The position numbers and the translations under genes were made by a program. A stretch of 24,318 bases of DNA from a virus (Duplodnaviria > Heunggongvirae > Uroviricota > Caudoviricetes). The notes under the pieces were generated by a model. It did no database searches. It saw only the letters and a list, made by a program, of their open reading frames with translations, and was not told the DNA's origin. Where the stretch lies: the IMG/VR virus record IMGVR_UViG_2740892258_000019, one strand, 5' to 3'. Below, piece after piece: positions 1 through 9,245 of the stretch (positions are counted from its first letter, which is position 1; every line of letters starts with the position of its first letter).

Positions 1-336
1 TCAATCTCCCCCGGCTGAAACCGGAACCATCTCGCCAGCAGCCCCTGCGCCTGCGTCAGCGCCCTGGTTGCTCTCACCCATCCCCGTGATGAGCTGAAAT
101 CGTTTCTGTAACTGCAGGTAATCAGCCAGATCCATATTGTCGAGATCTTCCGGGAGAAGACCAGTACTGCGGGCAATCAGCGGTTCGTCCCAGTCTGCCG
201 GGTTTTTGCTGATTTTGCGCACCTGCTTCAGGTCTTTTACCGTCAGGCGTTTCAGTTCAACCAGCTCAATTCTGGTACCTGCAGCAGTGGTGAAGGGATA
301 AGACAATTTAAAAGTATCGGATGGGGTCTGTGACAT
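1..336 (-). CDS. phage tail assembly protein (Mu gp41 position), assigned by synteny
   Basis: 111-aa ORF whose stop codon is the first 3 bases of the window; lies downstream of sheath and tube genes on the minus strand; Gly/Ala/Asp-rich C-terminus; no diagnostic motif. Confidence 0.4.
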   Translation of the reverse strand: MSQTPSDTFKLSYPFTTAAGTRIELVELKRLTVKDLKQVRKISKNPADWDEPLIARSTGLLPEDLDNMDLADYLQLQKRFQLITGMGESNQGADAGAGAAGEMVPVSAGGD

Positions 337-412
337 GATTGTGCTCCTGTGTAAGTTCAGGGCAGTATGTCGGGAGAAGCGCGTGACGGATATTAAAGGA
401 GATTAAGAAGAA

Positions 413-426
413 GGGGCCGGAGCCCC
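413..426 (-). terminator. short GC hairpin (GGGGC-N4-GCCCC) followed by T-rich tract on the minus strand; possible attenuator after tail tube cluster
   Basis: Read directly: ggggccggagcccc, with ttcttcttaatctcc following on the minus strand; stem is only 5 bp. Confidence 0.25.
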
Positions 427-433
427 TGTGATG

Positions 434-715
434 TCAGCAAGTGCGAAACCCCTTGCAGTTACGCAGGAAAGCGATGAGAAGCGTCTTTCCCTCAGATTTG
501 CCGATGCCGGAGAACCAGTGGTCGGGAGGCTCCCATGCTTCAATCAAATCCGCCAGTTTGCGGGCCTTTGAACGTGTGCAGTCAATCGGGTCATTGGTTT
601 TACGGGTATTAAAAAGGGTTTCCACCCCCGGAATATCAAGGAGGGTAAACCACGTACCATTTGACATGCCCAGTGCCGCACATCGTCCTCCTTTATCCGT
701 CAGTTCAACACTCAC
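434..715 (-). CDS. hypothetical phage protein in tail module
   Basis: 93-aa ORF whose ATG lies 3 bp after the tail tube stop (tight coupling); no recognisable motif. Confidence 0.35.
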   Translation of the reverse strand: MSVELTDKGGRCAALGMSNGTWFTLLDIPGVETLFNTRKTNDPIDCTRSKARKLADLIEAWEPPDHWFSGIGKSEGKTLLIAFLRNCKGFRTC

Positions 716-717
716 CG

Positions 718-1239
718 TCAGCCCCCGATATTGATACGGTAGTCAGTCAGTTGATCAACACCGCCGACCCGGAAGATGTTGGCCAGATAGTCCAGTTGCA
801 GCAGCTCTTCACCATCCAGTACCTGTCTGATATACGTGCAGGTGAAGCTACTGGAGAACTCGGCGTTCTCGTGCTGTTTGAACGTCCCCAGCGGGTTCTT
901 CTTGAACATAATCGTCAGGAAGGTGACCAGCGGGATTTCGTCAATCAGCCCCTGCGAGCTGTAGCGCTGGACGCTGGAACGACACTGCAGTGCCAGCGAC
1001 CTGTACGGGTTCGCGGCAGACAGCATCGCATCGCGGTAAAAGCTGTTCCATTTGATTTCGCCTTCCAGTTTGTCAAAACCAGCCGGGAGTTCCACCTTAC
1101 CCACCATCCCCAGCGCCTTGTGTTCCTGCATAATCATGGAGACATCGGGGAGTTTAACTTCCTCAGCCCGTCCCAGCAGGTTAGTACCATCCAGATAGAT
1201 GTTGGCATTCGTGATGCGGTTTATCTCAATCTTTGACAT
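718..1239 (-). CDS. phage tail tube protein (Mu gpM-like)
   Basis: 173 aa, immediately downstream of and translationally coupled to the sheath gene; size and position typical of contractile-tail tube proteins. Confidence 0.7.
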   Translation of the reverse strand: MSKIEINRITNANIYLDGTNLLGRAEEVKLPDVSMIMQEHKALGMVGKVELPAGFDKLEGEIKWNSFYRDAMLSAANPYRSLALQCRSSVQRYSSQGLIDEIPLVTFLTIMFKKNPLGTFKQHENAEFSSSFTCTYIRQVLDGEELLQLDYLANIFRVGGVDQLTDYRINIGG

Positions 1240-2666
1240 CAGTTGCCCCCTTTCAGGGTTAACAGGTATTCCGAGGTGATCTCAGTCTCAAACGTCAGTC
1301 GCTCCAGCGGCGGTGGTGGCGTATATTTGTAGCTCAGCAACAGGTGCCCGGCGGCCAGCTCCGTCTCCGGATTGCGGGCCGGATCAAACCAGCAACGGAA
1401 GCCCAGTACCGCACCATCACCAGTCATTTTGCGACCGTAGGCGTTGACCGACTCCGTCAGTGCATCAATCAGCGCCTGAGTAATCGGCATGTCGATGTAC
1501 TGCTGGCTGAAATAACGAATGGACTCGTTGATCACATCACCGGTGCGGCGAACGTTCTCAAAGTTACGCATATGGGTGACCGTTGGCCATGCTGCCGTCC
1601 GGTTACCCCACAGACGAAGGCCGCTGCCGTAACTGCTGAATACCGTGGTGATCCCCTGTTCGTTAAGCAGGTTCACCTCACTCTGCGGGTCATCAATCAT
1701 CGCGGACAGCTGGCGCTCCACGCCGGTGATCCCCAGAATCTCCTGATTGGAGGATGACCACCAGTAGCCCTTGTCCAGATCGACTCTGGCACGCAGACCT
1801 GCTGCACGCTGGCTGAGCGGCTCCAGACGCTCTGTGTTTGTCACCGGGTCATATACCTTCACATGCGGATAGCACAGACGGACGCGGTCGGAGCTGGTAT
1901 TGAAGTTGATGGTGCCTTCCGGGCCACGACCTGCCAGAGCCTGTGCAAAGGTGGTACCGACAGGCGCATCAATGTAGGTTACCGCGCCCAGCTTCTCTGC
2001 CATGGCGATAAGCTCAACTGCGACACTCTTCTGGGTGCAGAACACCGGCGCAATCAGAATTTTGGCGAAATAGCCGTACAGGTTGAAGCTGTCGTTAAGC
2101 AGCTTCATGCCGGTTCGGTTTCCGGCGCTGTTCACCCCGCCGATGATGTCCGCCGCAGTCACCTTCGACGGGTCCGCGTACTCATAGCTCACCTTCACGC
2201 TGCCACCGGCCTCAATAGCCTTGCCCAGGTTCGTGAGCACACCCGCCTGCGCATCAACACGGTAGTCCGTGTTCGCCGTGTGGGTGGTGCTGCCTTCACT
2301 GTTTTTCACCACCACATTAGCGACAACCGGATGCGCCAGTCTGGCCTGCCCTGTCGATTTGTCAAAGGTAACCACCTCATCCTCGATCGCCGTTTTATGT
2401 TTCGCCGGGTCGAGGACGTTAATGACCAGAACGGTGCCTGCACCATGGTCATAAATCGCATCCAGCGCCTGCGGAATGGTAAAGCCGGTGAACTGGCTGC
2501 CAAATGCCGCTGCGTCTTTCTCAGACAGGCACTGTACCAGCGTATTGACATCCCCCATCGGGGCGGTACCAATCAGGCCAATAACGGCAGATTTCACCGT
2601 TTTAACCGGGCGGGCACCGTTTTCCACCTCAATGGTTTCGGGACCATGCAGATAGTTAGCTGCCAT
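1239..2666 (-). CDS. phage tail sheath protein (Mu gpL-like)
   Basis: 475-aa ORF; N-terminus MAANYLHGPETIEVENGARPV...IGLIGTAP resembles the conserved sheath N-terminus of Mu/P2-type contractile tails (recalled, not searched). Confidence 0.85.
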   Translation of the reverse strand: MAANYLHGPETIEVENGARPVKTVKSAVIGLIGTAPMGDVNTLVQCLSEKDAAAFGSQFTGFTIPQALDAIYDHGAGTVLVINVLDPAKHKTAIEDEVVTFDKSTGQARLAHPVVANVVVKNSEGSTTHTANTDYRVDAQAGVLTNLGKAIEAGGSVKVSYEYADPSKVTAADIIGGVNSAGNRTGMKLLNDSFNLYGYFAKILIAPVFCTQKSVAVELIAMAEKLGAVTYIDAPVGTTFAQALAGRGPEGTINFNTSSDRVRLCYPHVKVYDPVTNTERLEPLSQRAAGLRARVDLDKGYWWSSSNQEILGITGVERQLSAMIDDPQSEVNLLNEQGITTVFSSYGSGLRLWGNRTAAWPTVTHMRNFENVRRTGDVINESIRYFSQQYIDMPITQALIDALTESVNAYGRKMTGDGAVLGFRCWFDPARNPETELAAGHLLLSYKYTPPPPLERLTFETEITSEYLLTLKGGN

Positions 2667-2910
2667 GGGTGTCCTCCGTTTTCACTTCGCTGTCACTGCT
2701 GCTTCTGCGCTTTGGTGACTGCACAGCCGGTGTGCCGGCGGGTTTAGTCTCTTCAGGTACCGGCGTCAGATGTTTCAGCGCCACCAGTACCTTCACGTAG
2801 TCATGCTCCTCCGGCAGGGAAACCGTCTTCCCCGGCCAGAGCAGGATTTCGGTTCCGTCCGACAGCGTGACGCCGCTGGCCGGGCCGGAATAGCGGTATT
2901 CTTTCATCAC
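2656..2910 (-). CDS. small Mu-like structural-module protein (Mu gp38 position)
   Basis: 84-aa ORF overlapping the sheath start by 11 bp; located between head-completion and sheath genes. Confidence 0.5.
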   Translation of the reverse strand: MMKEYRYSGPASGVTLSDGTEILLWPGKTVSLPEEHDYVKVLVALKHLTPVPEETKPAGTPAVQSPKRRSSSDSEVKTEDTHGS

Positions 2911-3371
2911 TCGCTTTCCTCATAGTTCACTTCGGTTAACAGCGGGCCGGACGGTAAATCGCTGTCTTCGATAAAGACGCTTTCAGTCGCGAAGTCGAGG
3001 GCGTACTGCCACAGCCCCCTGACTTCACCGATAAACACCTCGCGGGTCAGCCAGATACGGCGGCGGCAGCCGGGCGGGGTGTGGCCACCGAGAATGCGGC
3101 GGACAGCATCCAGGACATTAATCGCCCCTTTTTTACCGTTGAGCTGGCGGAAGACCACCGTGACGCAGAGCTGGATAGTCTGAGACTGGATCACCGCACC
3201 GGTATCATCCGGCCTGTCAAAGCGCGAACCGGCATAGCTCAACAGCAACGCGCCAACCGGATGGTTCAGGCGATATTCAGCCGGTTTCTCCGGGAAGTAC
3301 TCCACCTGCAGTTGCGGCAGCTTCTCGCGTAACCGGGCCAGTACCGCATCAAGGACGGGCAGAACGTTCAT
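2907..3371 (-). CDS. Mu gp37-like head-tail joining/completion protein
   Basis: 154-aa ORF, translationally coupled to neighbours; assignment by Mu gene order. Confidence 0.5.
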   Translation of the reverse strand: MNVLPVLDAVLARLREKLPQLQVEYFPEKPAEYRLNHPVGALLLSYAGSRFDRPDDTGAVIQSQTIQLCVTVVFRQLNGKKGAINVLDAVRRILGGHTPPGCRRRIWLTREVFIGEVRGLWQYALDFATESVFIEDSDLPSGPLLTEVNYEESE

Positions 3372-3817
3372 CAGTATTTCTCCAGTAAACCGTCACGACC
3401 GCCGAAAGTGGCCGGGCGACTGCGTACACGAAACTCGCCAGGCTCAGGCACATCTTTCTGAGTGGACGGCAGCCCCAGCGTGAGCCTGTTATCACGTAAC
3501 TCCCTGAGTTGCCGCAGCGCTTCTTTGTGGTCATCCTTCACCGTATCCGGGAGGTCACCTTCCGGGCGGCGGGCGTAGAGCCGGTAACGGACCAGCGTGA
3601 TGGCAATGTCCCGCAGAACAGTCGGTATCTCTGCCAGTGGCAGGATATAGCGTCCGCGCAGATGGGCATCAATCAGCTCGTCGGCATAGCGGATACAGCT
3701 GTCCACCACACGGGTATTCACTGTTGCAGGCGAGTCGAAGTCCATCTCTTCACTGGTGAGTTCGATAAGCGTCCGCTCCGGCACCTGCGCAAGCAAATCC
3801 TCCAGGGTGCAGTACAT
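3371..3817 (-). CDS. Mu gp36-like protein (DUF1320-type)
   Basis: Start re-chosen at internal ATG (MYCTLEDLL...) 1 bp after the stop of the upstream gene; the track ORF extends further 5-prime and overlaps that gene. Confidence 0.55.
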   Translation of the reverse strand: MYCTLEDLLAQVPERTLIELTSEEMDFDSPATVNTRVVDSCIRYADELIDAHLRGRYILPLAEIPTVLRDIAITLVRYRLYARRPEGDLPDTVKDDHKEALRQLRELRDNRLTLGLPSTQKDVPEPGEFRVRSRPATFGGRDGLLEKY

Positions 3818-3818
3818 G

Positions 3819-4157
3819 TCACACCCCGCGCAGGATACGAATGACGTCGCCTTCACCCCCGGCTTCATCAAGTGCAATACCACAGGATTTACCGTCGCCG
3901 GACTGCGGCACGGCTCTGGCCTGAGCATCTGACTGAACAGCCACACCACGGCTGACAGCGGCCCCGGCCTCGACAGCAATAATGCCCAGAACGCTCACCG
4001 GCGTGCTGTCGCCGGTAACAGCATCCACTTCGGCAACCCCGAGCGCTGCGGCACCGGCTTTACAGGGGGTATTATCTGCCCCGACAAAACGCTGCTGTGT
4101 CAGTGCGGCCCCTGCCGTTACGGTTGTGATCAGAATGACCTGCTGAGTGGTTCCCAT
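3819..4157 (-). CDS. Gly/Ala-rich small head protein (possible decoration/cement protein)
   Basis: 112-aa ORF directly downstream of the major capsid gene; low-complexity Ala/Gly/Val-rich sequence. Confidence 0.45.
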   Translation of the reverse strand: MGTTQQVILITTVTAGAALTQQRFVGADNTPCKAGAAALGVAEVDAVTGDSTPVSVLGIIAVEAGAAVSRGVAVQSDAQARAVPQSGDGKSCGIALDEAGGEGDVIRILRGV

Positions 4158-4166
4158 AACGCCTCC

Positions 4167-5120
4167 TTATTTACTGATACCGGTGATGAGATACCCGGCA
4201 TCGCCACCAACCACGGCGACTTTGTAGATATCGGTATAACGGCAGTACTTCACCTTGCCACCGGCTCCGTCGTATTTGTCAGCAACAGGCATCCCCTTAC
4301 GACGCAGGGTGTAGCCGAAGGACGGCTCGTTCTCGTCCGCGCTGTCCGCCCCGGGCTGCGGTTTGCCGACATAGTGCAGCATCAGGTTGTCTCCCCAGAT
4401 ATCCGCCGGCACGCTGTCCTTATCCATTGCCGCTTTCATGGACGGCAGGGAGACAGGCGCACCGATGACGATCTCTTCGATCTGAAAGAGGTCCTGCAGG
4501 ATTTCTGTGGTGATGCGCTTGCGTTCGTTGGCTCCGATGGCAGCCTGAAGTGCCGGATGGAACTTCAGCAGCGCCATCACGCCGGCACCCATGGTCATCA
4601 GGTTAGGACGCAGCCCCGTGGCCGTACGGACCGCTTCCATACCGGCTTCAATCACCCCGATGGGGTCCCCCTTACCACCGGCCCAGCGATCACTGGCTGT
4701 CAGTTTTTTAACGTGCCCGGTACGGTAGACCTTTTGATCCTGAGCCAGACGGGCGGCGATAAGTTCACGGCGCAGGTTCACGCCATTCGTGGCGCGACGG
4801 ATGGCCTTGCTCTCTTCGTTAAACATGGACTCCGCCTGTTCGCGGTAATCCACCGGTGCTGCCAGATCGTGTTCACCCAGCACCAGATCCAGTGTGCCGG
4901 TTTTCTCACGGACCAGAACATTGCTGTCCGCCCCGACGGCACGCTCAGTGTCATATTCCACAAAGGCGGTTTTCCCGAAGGTCGGCACACGCACGCCTTC
5001 CTTGTCCGTCAGCACGACGGGGAAAATACGTTCGCCAATGAATGCGGCATTTTTATAGCCTCGGGCGATACTGGTCAGTACCGGATCAACGACACGTTTA
5101 CCTTTTAAGTAATCAGACAT
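4167..5120 (-). CDS. major capsid protein (Mu gpT family)
   Basis: 317 aa, size and position (after I protease/scaffold) match Mu T; sequence pattern recalled as Mu-like major head subunit. Confidence 0.85.
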   Translation of the reverse strand: MSDYLKGKRVVDPVLTSIARGYKNAAFIGERIFPVVLTDKEGVRVPTFGKTAFVEYDTERAVGADSNVLVREKTGTLDLVLGEHDLAAPVDYREQAESMFNEESKAIRRATNGVNLRRELIAARLAQDQKVYRTGHVKKLTASDRWAGGKGDPIGVIEAGMEAVRTATGLRPNLMTMGAGVMALLKFHPALQAAIGANERKRITTEILQDLFQIEEIVIGAPVSLPSMKAAMDKDSVPADIWGDNLMLHYVGKPQPGADSADENEPSFGYTLRRKGMPVADKYDGAGGKVKYCRYTDIYKVAVVGGDAGYLITGISK

Positions 5121-5134
5121 GATTTCTCCTTAAA

Positions 5135-6250
5135 TTACAGGCAGCGTGCGACAGCAGCCTCATAGCTGATGCCTTCTTTTTTGGACAGGGCCACTGCTTT
5201 CTGATGCAGGGCCAGACGCTCAGGATCGGCTTCCGCAAACTCCGCCACATCCACCTTCACCGTGTCGCCGACACGCTCCTTTGTGGCCTGTTCGGCGAAA
5301 TTCATCACCGGCTCCCCGTCGGAGAGCAATGAACGGAAGGCGGTGGCCAGCGGCGTGCGGCTTTCCCCCTCAGCAAACTCCACCGGCTTGTCGCCACCGG
5401 CGACGGCATCCAGCAGGGCAACCACCACGGAGGAGGCGCGGGGAGCCAGACGCCCCTCTGCGACCAGTTTTTCTGCAAAGGCCACATTGTCCTTATGCAG
5501 TTGCTCCTGTCTGGCCTGTGCATCACGCGCATCGCGATCAGCAGCCTGCTGCTTCAGGCGGCGGTTCTCCTCCTGAAGGGCTTCAATCTCTTCTTTTGTC
5601 ATCGATGATTCCTCGTTACTTGCGGAAGACGGCACCTGGCCTGTCTCACTGAATTGTGCACCTGCTGCATCCTGCGACGGTGCGTCGCGGTACGCCTCTT
5701 CGCGCAGATTGTTGAGCTGCCATTCCGGCAGGACTTTTTCTGCTTCGTCCAGACTGAAGCGGGCGATCAGAAAATCGCGCAGCTTTCCCCACAGGGAGGC
5801 ATTCGTGATGGCCTGCCAGTCGGCGAACTCCACCACACCTTCTTCCTGCTCACTGAAGGACACCTGTTTCAGCCCCTTGACGGAAGGTGGCTGTGCCCCG
5901 AGAAAGCCCACATGGCGCAGGTAGAGCACGCCGGGCTTCGGATTGGACGGTGAATCCGGGAGGTAGAAAGAGGCGGACACTTTTTTGAATCGTCCGTTGG
6001 TGACCATCTCAGCAAACTGCGGGTCCAGCTGGGCAGGCTCTGCCATCAGATCGACGCCGCTGAGCGACAGGGCTTTCACCCAGCCCCACGCCGGGTCTTC
6101 CGTTCTGGGATGACCAATCACGAGTGGTGCTTCATGGACGGACGGGTCATAGGCTTTCACGCAGGCGGCAAGATCGTCTGGCGTGAACGGCAGTTTTTTG
6201 CCGTGCATATCGGTATGAGTACCGGCTTTAAAAATGTGAATGGCTGACAT
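5135..6250 (-). CDS. Mu I-like head maturation protease/scaffold protein
   Basis: 371 aa; N-terminal MSAIHIFKAGTHTDMHGKK...FTPDDL pattern typical of Mu-like prophage I protein; charged coiled-coil scaffold-like C-terminal half. Confidence 0.8.
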   Translation of the reverse strand: MSAIHIFKAGTHTDMHGKKLPFTPDDLAACVKAYDPSVHEAPLVIGHPRTEDPAWGWVKALSLSGVDLMAEPAQLDPQFAEMVTNGRFKKVSASFYLPDSPSNPKPGVLYLRHVGFLGAQPPSVKGLKQVSFSEQEEGVVEFADWQAITNASLWGKLRDFLIARFSLDEAEKVLPEWQLNNLREEAYRDAPSQDAAGAQFSETGQVPSSASNEESSMTKEEIEALQEENRRLKQQAADRDARDAQARQEQLHKDNVAFAEKLVAEGRLAPRASSVVVALLDAVAGGDKPVEFAEGESRTPLATAFRSLLSDGEPVMNFAEQATKERVGDTVKVDVAEFAEADPERLALHQKAVALSKKEGISYEAAVARCL

Positions 6251-6464
6251 TTTGCTGTCCCGCGTTATGTTGTCGGAGACAGTTTGTGAGAAATGCAGGC
6301 CCGGCGATTTTAATCTGCTTTAGAAAACATCAGGGGAGAAGGACAGGGAAAGCAATGCGGTGAACCGGAAGCGGTTATAAAACAGAGGCTGTAAAGCCTT
6401 TATAAAGGTAATACAGCCCCTCATTCGCTGGCAATGATAAATCACCCGCCTGAAGAGAGAAAAC
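6251..6464 (-). promoter_or_regulatory. intergenic leader upstream of gene I (candidate late promoter) containing a perfect 12-bp palindrome CCTTTATAAAGG at 6397-6408
   Basis: Only sizeable intergenic gap inside the head module; Mu has a C-activated late promoter upstream of I; palindrome read directly. Confidence 0.35.
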
Positions 6465-6923
6465 TCAGCGACGGGCCGCTGATTCAAGATGGCGGACAAT
6501 GGTATCGAGGATGGGGATTACCACTTCAGGCTGTAGTTCTCCATCCCCCGTCACCGGCAGGAACGGGCGGGCCGGAAGTTCAACAGACTCATTACGCCCC
6601 GTTTTACCCCCGAACTGGTGAATGGTACCGTAAACAACGTTGGTCCCCACAACAGCCTGCCGGTCGTCATGGTCGGTTGATACTGACCCCATCAGACGCC
6701 CGGTATCCTGCAGTGTCTGCCCGTCACGTTCTTCCGCTGCCAGCGAGGGCATCCACCCCGGACGCCCCTCATCAAGAAAGTTAAACTGTGTTTCCGCCAG
6801 CAGGGTTCCGGCGATTTTGCGCATCGCGGGCTCCAGGTCTGTGGCAGCCAGATCCAGCGCACGGAGGCTCCGGCGCAGGGATTTATCGTTAATGGTGATA
6901 CTGACCAGGTTATCGGAAGCCAT
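6465..6923 (-). CDS. virion morphogenesis protein (Mu gpG family)
   Basis: 152 aa; motif VVGTNVVYGTIHQFGG characteristic of Mu G-like proteins; coupled to F. Confidence 0.75.
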   Translation of the reverse strand: MASDNLVSITINDKSLRRSLRALDLAATDLEPAMRKIAGTLLAETQFNFLDEGRPGWMPSLAAEERDGQTLQDTGRLMGSVSTDHDDRQAVVGTNVVYGTIHQFGGKTGRNESVELPARPFLPVTGDGELQPEVVIPILDTIVRHLESAARR

Positions 6924-6925
6924 TG

Positions 6926-7747
6926 TTATCCTCTCAGTTCCTGTTGTGCCAGTGGCTGAAGCGTACCCTGATAGCGGGCCAGGTCGGGACGGTATGCTGC
7001 CCCCGGTGCATAAGACCAGCCGACGTCGGTGGTCACCTTCGTAGTGCCGGTATTAAAGGTGGCCACGTTCCGCATTTCGCCGGTTTTCTCTGAGACCAGT
7101 TTCAGTTCCTGGCCCATGGCAGAGCCGGAGCTGATAACCTTCAGGCCACGGGCACGTACATCCGCCGCACTCAGGGCAATCACACTACAGCGGCAGCGCC
7201 AGCCGTTCGGCGGGTAAAATGCCTGCCAGAACGGGTCATCCCAGCGCAGCACCAGACCATGCAGCGCCAGATGGCTCCTGCGGGTATGGCTGTCGTTGAT
7301 GCCGGTATACATCCAGTACGGCCTGTCGTCGACGTTTTCCATCTGTTCCGCCCAACGACCGGCGCTGTAGAGTACGGACATATTGGTGCGAAAGATGGTA
7401 TCGAGCCGCCACGGACTGCCCTGCTGAATGGTGACCGGCTCACCCGTTACCGGGTCAGTCGTGTCACGTGGTCCCCACCATCCCTTACGCTTCAGCACCG
7501 GCTCCAGCTCCTGCCGGAACCAGCGATCGGTTTTTCCTTCATCGACAGCCTGCTGCAGTGCCCCGCGAATATCTTCCAGAATATCCAGGCGGGTCACTTT
7601 AGCGACGGTAAAGGCGCGGGCATGGGCTTCCTGCCACATTTCTTCCCAGTCCCAGGTAATCTGATACCCTTTGGACTTCAGGTAACTGACTGCCCGCTTC
7701 GGGGGAAGCGTCATGCAGTACGCCAGTTCAGCCGTTGTCACGCTCAT
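6926..7747 (-). CDS. head morphogenesis protein (Mu gpF family)
   Basis: Contains NGWRCRC motif of the Mu F domain; start chosen at internal ATG preceded by GGGGG; track ORF extends to 7774. Confidence 0.7.
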   Translation of the reverse strand: MSVTTAELAYCMTLPPKRAVSYLKSKGYQITWDWEEMWQEAHARAFTVAKVTRLDILEDIRGALQQAVDEGKTDRWFRQELEPVLKRKGWWGPRDTTDPVTGEPVTIQQGSPWRLDTIFRTNMSVLYSAGRWAEQMENVDDRPYWMYTGINDSHTRRSHLALHGLVLRWDDPFWQAFYPPNGWRCRCSVIALSAADVRARGLKVISSGSAMGQELKLVSEKTGEMRNVATFNTGTTKVTTDVGWSYAPGAAYRPDLARYQGTLQPLAQQELRG

Positions 7748-9245
7748 GCAGACGCCCCCAGATATTTGCCACAAAGAGAATGCGGGCCAGCCGTTCCTGC
7801 AGATCGTCCGTGTTCATCTGAGGGTAGAGCTCCGCCAGTTCGCCCAGCAGCTCAGACGGGTTAACCCCGTTTTCGACCCGCTTAAACAGAGGTGCCAGGA
7901 CGGGTTCCAGCGTGCCATTTAACACACCTCCGTTCATCAGAATGTCCAGCGCGTCGTCAAGCTGCTGCTGAGCCTGAATATCGGCATCAATCGCCTCGGC
8001 AAATGACAGCGGCAGCATGTTCTTCTCGCGTTCTGACGGTGGTGTCTCGTCAATATCGCCGTCCTGCAGCTGGTACTCACGCTTGAAGTATTGCGGGGTC
8101 AGACGCAGACCCGCCCGGGTGAGTTTTTCGTCGCGGGTGGCACGGGTGTCATCAATGGCCTCCTGTTCCCACATGGCCCAGACCGGACACGGCACATCGC
8201 CGAAGTTCAGGGTGACCACCGTTCTGATGACCTGATTCACTGCCGCCTGAATGATGTCCGCATCCGCATCGCGGATATCAGCCGTTACCTCCAGCCCGGC
8301 CTGTGCAGAGGCCTTGTTACTGTTCGCTTCCGTGGTCTGATTCTGACCGAGTAATGCAATGGAGATCTCACTGCGTGACAGCGTGATCAGCTCGCGGAAT
8401 ACCTCGCTGCTGTCCGCCTTGCCATCCGCGGCTTTGAGTTCGATGCTGCTGTCATCGGGGATGGCGGCCACCGCGTCCTCCACCATCTGCTCCATGGAGT
8501 CCAGCAGTTTTTCAATCTCTGCATCATTTGCACCCCTCGGGTGCTTACCGATCACCCATGGGGAGCCAAACTTTTCGGCAAAGCGGAGCCAGAATTTCAT
8601 CCCGCCTTTCTTGAAGGCGACCGGCCAGAAGCACATGGACAGGTCAGGGAAACCGTAAGGATTGTCATACGAGGCATCCTGTGCCGGCACCACGAATTTT
8701 GACGGTGACAGCAGCTCACCCTCCACACCCGCATCACGCGCCCGGAAGCGCAGGCAGTTGTCCGTATCAAACTGAAACCACTCAGGCGGTTTGCCGACAA
8801 TATCCGTCACCGCCCACGCCCTGACCGAACGGCCCCACATGATTTCACAGGGCTGATACCCGTAGAGCACGGCATCGCTCATCTCACCGATGATGCGGGA
8901 CAGATCCAGATCGTCGAGCATGTCGCGGATGAAACGGAAGACCCGGGCAGAAGCGTGACCGCGCTCCAGTCCACGCTCCAGTGATTTGAGCGCTGCTTTA
9001 CGTCTGCGGATACAGCCCCCGACCAGCGGGTCGGTGCGCAGTTCGCGGTAGATACGGATATCCCGTCCCTGAGCCTTGAGAATGGGATCAGGGTTGGGCA
9101 GGTACATTCCCAGAGCGTAAAAGTCGATGGCGCGACTGCGCGAGGCAATCTGCGCGGTCAGTGATGCAATCTGCGCGGTCAGTGATTTTTTGGGTTCGGT
9201 GAACGCCACGAACTCATCGGGTGAAACCCAGATACCTTTTGCCAT
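7728..9245 (-). CDS. portal protein (Mu gp29-like, DUF935 family)
   Basis: 505 aa between terminase and F; ATG overlaps the terminase stop (ATGA); carries a 7-aa tandem repeat SLTAQIA x2. Confidence 0.85.
   Translation of the reverse strand: MAKGIWVSPDEFVAFTEPKKSLTAQIASLTAQIASRSRAIDFYALGMYLPNPDPILKAQGRDIRIYRELRTDPLVGGCIRRRKAALKSLERGLERGHASARVFRFIRDMLDDLDLSRIIGEMSDAVLYGYQPCEIMWGRSVRAWAVTDIVGKPPEWFQFDTDNCLRFRARDAGVEGELLSPSKFVVPAQDASYDNPYGFPDLSMCFWPVAFKKGGMKFWLRFAEKFGSPWVIGKHPRGANDAEIEKLLDSMEQMVEDAVAAIPDDSSIELKAADGKADSSEVFRELITLSRSEISIALLGQNQTTEANSNKASAQAGLEVTADIRDADADIIQAAVNQVIRTVVTLNFGDVPCPVWAMWEQEAIDDTRATRDEKLTRAGLRLTPQYFKREYQLQDGDIDETPPSEREKNMLPLSFAEAIDADIQAQQQLDDALDILMNGGVLNGTLEPVLAPLFKRVENGVNPSELLGELAELYPQMNTDDLQERLARILFVANIWGRLHERDNG
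9145..9186. repeat. perfect 21-bp tandem duplication (2 copies) inside portal gene
   Basis: gcaatctgcgcggtcagtgat at 9145-9165 repeated exactly at 9166-9186. Confidence 0.9.

Noticed and set aside
1344-2747. Plus-strand ORFs (1344..1757, 1863..2747, 2269..2454) and the minus-strand ORF 2306..2572 overlapping the tail sheath gene
   Set aside because: Antisense or alternate-frame to a well-supported structural gene in GC-rich DNA; Arg/Cys-rich low-complexity translations typical of spurious ORFs.
4374-5652. Plus-strand ORFs overlapping capsid and I genes (4374..5108, 4856..5041, 5262..5576, 5281..5652) and minus-strand 4778..4990 and 5305..5532
   Set aside because: Embedded within confidently assigned head genes; Pro/Arg-rich junk translations; no RBS context.
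6926-7774. F protein (about 273-282 aa) as another truncated gene, since Mu F is longer
   Set aside because: Both ends are tightly coupled to neighbours and the Mu F core motif is present; C-terminal length varies among Mu-like phages, so no lesion can be asserted from sequence alone.
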